From Eledone cirrhosa (Eukaryota), in NCBI GenBank assembly GCA_964016885.1, contig OZ024764.1:8246001-8310000 (forward strand): a stretch of 64,000 nt of DNA, read 5' to 3'. Below the pieces are notes generated by a model, which did no database searches, had not been told where the DNA came from, and saw only the letters and a list, made by a program, of their open reading frames with translations. A program made the translations under genes and the position numbers. Within the stretch, counting starts at the first letter, position 1. Each line of letters opens with the position of its first letter. Positions 60,301 through 64,000 of the stretch are shown here, piece by piece.

Positions 60301-61457
60301 TGACAATACAATAGTATATATAGAGTAATGTGAATGTTATGTGAGATATTATGTGAGGTAAAGCCTTTACTGTGAAAATACAATAGTATATATAGAGTAA
60401 TGTAAATGTTATGTGAGGTATTATGTGAGGTAAAGACTTTACTGTGACAATACAATAGTATATATAGAGTAATGTAAATGTTATGTGAGGTATTATGTGA
60501 GGTAAAGCCTTTACTGTGACAATACAATAGTATATATAGAGTAATGTAAATGTTATGTGAGGTATTATGTGAGGTAAAGCCTTTACTGTGACAATACACT
60601 AGTATATATAGAGTAATGTAAATGTTATGTGAGATATTATGTGAGGTAAAGTCTTTACTATGGAAATACAATAGTATATATAGAGTAATGTAAATGTTAT
60701 GTGAGATATTATGGGAGGTAAAGCCTTTACTGTGAAAATACAATAGTATATATAGAGTAATGTAAATGTTATGTGAGATATTATGTGAGATAAAGCCTTT
60801 ACTGTGAAAATACATATATATAGAGTAATGTAAATGTTATGTGAGGTATTATGTGAGGTAAAGCCGTTACTGTGAAAATACAATAGTATATATAGAGTAA
60901 TGTAAATGTTATGTGAGATATTATGTGAGGTAAAGCCTTTACTGTGAAAATACAATAGTATATATAGAGTAGTGTAAATGTTATGTGAGGTAAAGCCTTT
61001 ACTGTGAAAATACAATAGTATATATAGAGTAATGTAAATGTTATGTGAGATATTATGTGAGATAAAGCCTTTACTGTGAAAATACAATAGTATATATAGA
61101 GTAGTGTAAATGTTATGTGAGGTAAAGCCTTTACTGTGAAAATACAATAGTATATATAGAGTAATGTAAATGTTATGTGAGATATTATGTGAGATAAAGC
61201 CTTTACTGTGAAAATACAATAGTATATATAGAGTAATGTAAATGTTATGTGAGGTATTGTGAGGTAAAGCCTTTACTGTGAAAATACAATAGTATATATA
61301 GAGTAATGTAAATGTTATGTGAGATATTATGTGAGATAAAGCCTTTACTGTGAAAATACAATAGTATATATAGAGTAATGTAAATGTTATGTGAGATATT
61401 ATGTGAGATAAAGCCTTTACTGTGAAAATACAATAGTATATATAGAGTAATGTAAAT
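57306..61457. repeat. 72-bp (60-bp variant) minisatellite, ~58 copies
   Basis: tattatgtgaggtaaagcctttactgtgaaaatacaatagtatatatagagtaatgtaaatgttatgtgaga; block repeats ~1.7-1.8 kb apart. Confidence 0.97.
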
Positions 61458-61554
61458 GGTAAAAGATTAAGCAACAACAACAACAAAATTCTAATTCAAA
61501 AAGTTTCAATCTTTTCATTTTATATATACAATTGTGAGTGGGTGTGTATGTATG

Positions 61555-61598
<44 letters not shown>

Positions 61599-61644
61599 TA
61601 TGTGCATACATATATATGTGCAAATATATATGTATATGTGTGTG

Positions 61645-61675
<31 letters not shown>

Positions 61676-61682
61676 CTATATA

Positions 61683-61879
61683 TATGAAAAATTCAGGACC
61701 CCAACAACTGAGCTCCTGCCGTATCAACAGCTAGATCTAAACTCGCTGTTGTAACAGCAGGAGCTCAGCCGTCAGGGCTCCCAATTTTTCATATTACCCA
61801 CTCAACTACCCCAAATATCGAGTACTCTGGTGAGTAATGGTCTAACTGGTTTTTACTGCATACATTCTGATTTATATAT

Positions 61880-61910
<31 letters not shown>

Positions 61911-62291
61911 ATATATATAAATTAAAATAGAGAAATTAATGTGAGCAAGAAGCCAACAGTATTTCATAATATATAAGTGACTATAGCGTCAAAATGGAAA
62001 ATATTTAACGTAAGATATGGGAAAATAATTTTTAAAAAATCAAGACATAGATTTTATCCACAGATTTTGTGAATATATATATAATATATATATATATATT
62101 TCGGAAAAAATGAAACGGAATTTCATTTCCCATACTTATATATATATTTCTATATATATAAACGGAAAAAATGAAATGAAATTTCATTTCCCACTCTTAG
62201 TACGGCTGTTACTTAAATATAAGTATGTATACGTACATACATATATGTATACAGACGTACAGTAGTATGTATATATATATATGTGTGCATG

Positions 62292-62357
<66 letters not shown>

Positions 62358-62922
62358 CTACTGTACGTCTGTATACATATATGTATGTACGTATACATAC
62401 TTATATCTATATATTTATATATATATATATAAAGGTTTACATATACATAAAGTTATAGATATATATGCTGCAACTGGTCACTTTTTGGCTCTATGAAGAA
62501 TTAACAAATTAAATAATCAGAGCAATATATCATAAATCATGTCCTTAGAATTATTAGATAGAATATATACTAATTGGAAGAGGAAATGGTATATATTCTA
62601 TCTAATAATTCTAAGGACATGATTTATGATTTATATATATATATATATACAAGTGGAAGCTTAGTAAAATCCAAGCTTTGGCTGCGGGCAAGCAAAGTCG
62701 ACCTACAATATATATATAACGAAGGAGGTGTGGTAAGGAACCAGATGGACCATAACGCACCAGAGTACTCAATACTTAGGGTAGTAGAGTGGGTAATAGG
62801 AAAATGTTTGACCCCGATGGCAGAGCTCAAGCCGTTTCAACGGCTATTTCTAGACTAAATTCAGTTCAGAAATAGCCTTCGAAACGGCTTGAGCTCTGCC
62901 GTCGGGATCACATATTTTCATA
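61683..62922. repeat. Cluster of long inverted repeats among (TA)n tracts
   Basis: Hairpins at ~61683-61793, 62218-62405, 62528-62630 and 62800-62920. Confidence 0.85.
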
Positions 62923-63082
62923 CATATATATATATATCATCATACATACATAGATATATATAAATATATCAAAAACACAGTCTTAGTTATGAAATGATAT
63001 AAATAATGTTTAGTTTTTCATGTTTCAATATATTACAGTACCCAAAGCCTTAGGGGTGAGGTTGGTAGCAACAACAGGGATA

Positions 63083-63478
63083 TGGTTGTGTGGTTAAAGT
63101 CTTTGCCTCATAACCACAAGGTTCAGGGCTCAAACCCCCTCCCTGTACATGTTGGCTGTGTGGTTAAAGTGTTTGCTTCATAACCACAAGGCTCAGGGCT
63201 CAAGCCCCCTGTACATGTTGGTTGGTTAGTGGTGGCTGTGTGGTTAAAGTTTTTGCCTCATAACCACAAGGTTCAGGGCTCAAGCCCCCTGTACATGTTG
63301 GTTGGTTAGTGGTGGCTGTGTGGTTAAAGTTTTTGCCTCATAACCACAAGGTTCAGGGCTCAAGCCCCCTGTACATGTTGGTTGGTTGGTTAGTGGTGGC
63401 TGTGTGGTTAAAGTTTTTGCCTCATAACCACAAGGTTCAGGGCTCAAGCCCCCTGTACATGTTGGTTGGTTAGTGGCA
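63083..63478 (+). repeat. ~80-bp tandem repeat x5 of a tRNA-like SINE head
   Basis: tggctgtgtggttaaag (A-box-like) ... ggttcagggctcaagccc (B-box-like); SINE-like body follows to ~63545. Confidence 0.75.
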
Positions 63479-63690
63479 AGATGTCTTCTATTATAGTCTC
63501 AAGTGAGAGGAATGTTGAAACAGAGACCCAGAAGAAGCCTGTCATATGATATTTTATACACCCAATTGATTCAGGAAGATGTTAGAAGGAATTACTACTA
63601 AAATTATTAATTATTTCATTACTAAGATACTAAGATAGTAACTTAACAGGTGGTTCTTATATAAAATTATGTTGGAAGATTTTAATTTTA

Positions 63691-63890
63691 CCCTTTAGCA
63701 TTATCCGGCCAGAATTCTCTCATCTCTTTCTGTTCAAACTGGTTGTAACCAGCTGCTCATACTGATGTTAAGGTATTGTTCTCAAAATAAATAATATAAA
63801 AATCTCTTAGATTTGATATTATGTGAGATATAAAGTCATTACAATGAAAATATAAAAGTAAATATAGAGTAATGTAAATGCTAAATGTTT
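63691..63890 (+). mobile_element. Decayed piggyBac-type MITE copy
   Basis: ccctttagcatt...gtaaatgctaaa with the same internal sequence as 346-552. Confidence 0.8.
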
Positions 63891-64000
63891 CAATTAAAAT
63901 GAAGAATTTTGAGAGATTTACTAAAATTGTTTATTATTTCATTATTAAGATAGTAACTTAACATGTGGTTCTTATATAAAATTATGTTGGAAGATTTTAA

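Larger units (their letters stand above)
56525..61457 (+). mobile_element. piggyBac-type MITE inflated to ~4.9 kb by internal amplification
   Basis: Left end repeated ~5x (~93-bp units), unique middle 57240-57305, then right-subterminal 72-bp unit amplified; right TIR truncated at taaatg. Confidence 0.85.

Noticed and set aside
57287-61486. 200-414 aa His/Tyr/Ile-rich ORFs
   Set aside because: Translation of the 72/60-bp MITE-derived minisatellite.
55106-64000. 5' exons of TMEM199
   Set aside because: No recognisable N-terminal coding exon found; probably beyond the window, though a small divergent exon could be missed.

Overview
Repeat-saturated eukaryotic (animal) genomic DNA. The SINE/LINE repertoire and (TA)n/(ATC)n richness suggest a coleoid cephalopod, probably an octopus; this is inference, not proven. 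Only one host gene is supported: five spliced 3' exons of TMEM199/VMA12 (V-ATPase assembly factor) on the minus strand (55105..44547), with its 5' exons apparently beyond the right edge. The rest is decayed transposons (RTE, CR1-type, Tx1/L1-type and Penelope retroelements, two tRNA-derived SINE families, Helitrons, DD37D maT mariners, a TTAA piggyBac-type MITE, a hAT MITE) plus many tandem arrays. Nearly all long ORFs in the supplied track are artefacts of these arrays. Main patterns: (1) most arrays are internal pieces of the local transposons amplified in situ; one RTE segment (the RRLRWYGHV motif) is amplified in three copies, deleted in one and is the truncation point of another; (2) two divergent, GC-rich, end-paired structured modules share three sequence motifs and are each followed by a T-run, one next to an array of Pol III B-box-like and octamer-like motifs; (3) an intact-looking minimal hammerhead ribozyme; (4) a Helitron helicase/RTE RT junction one base from being in frame; (5) a nested palindrome cluster near 62 kb. 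Coordinates of decayed elements are approximate and all folds and alignments were done by eye.
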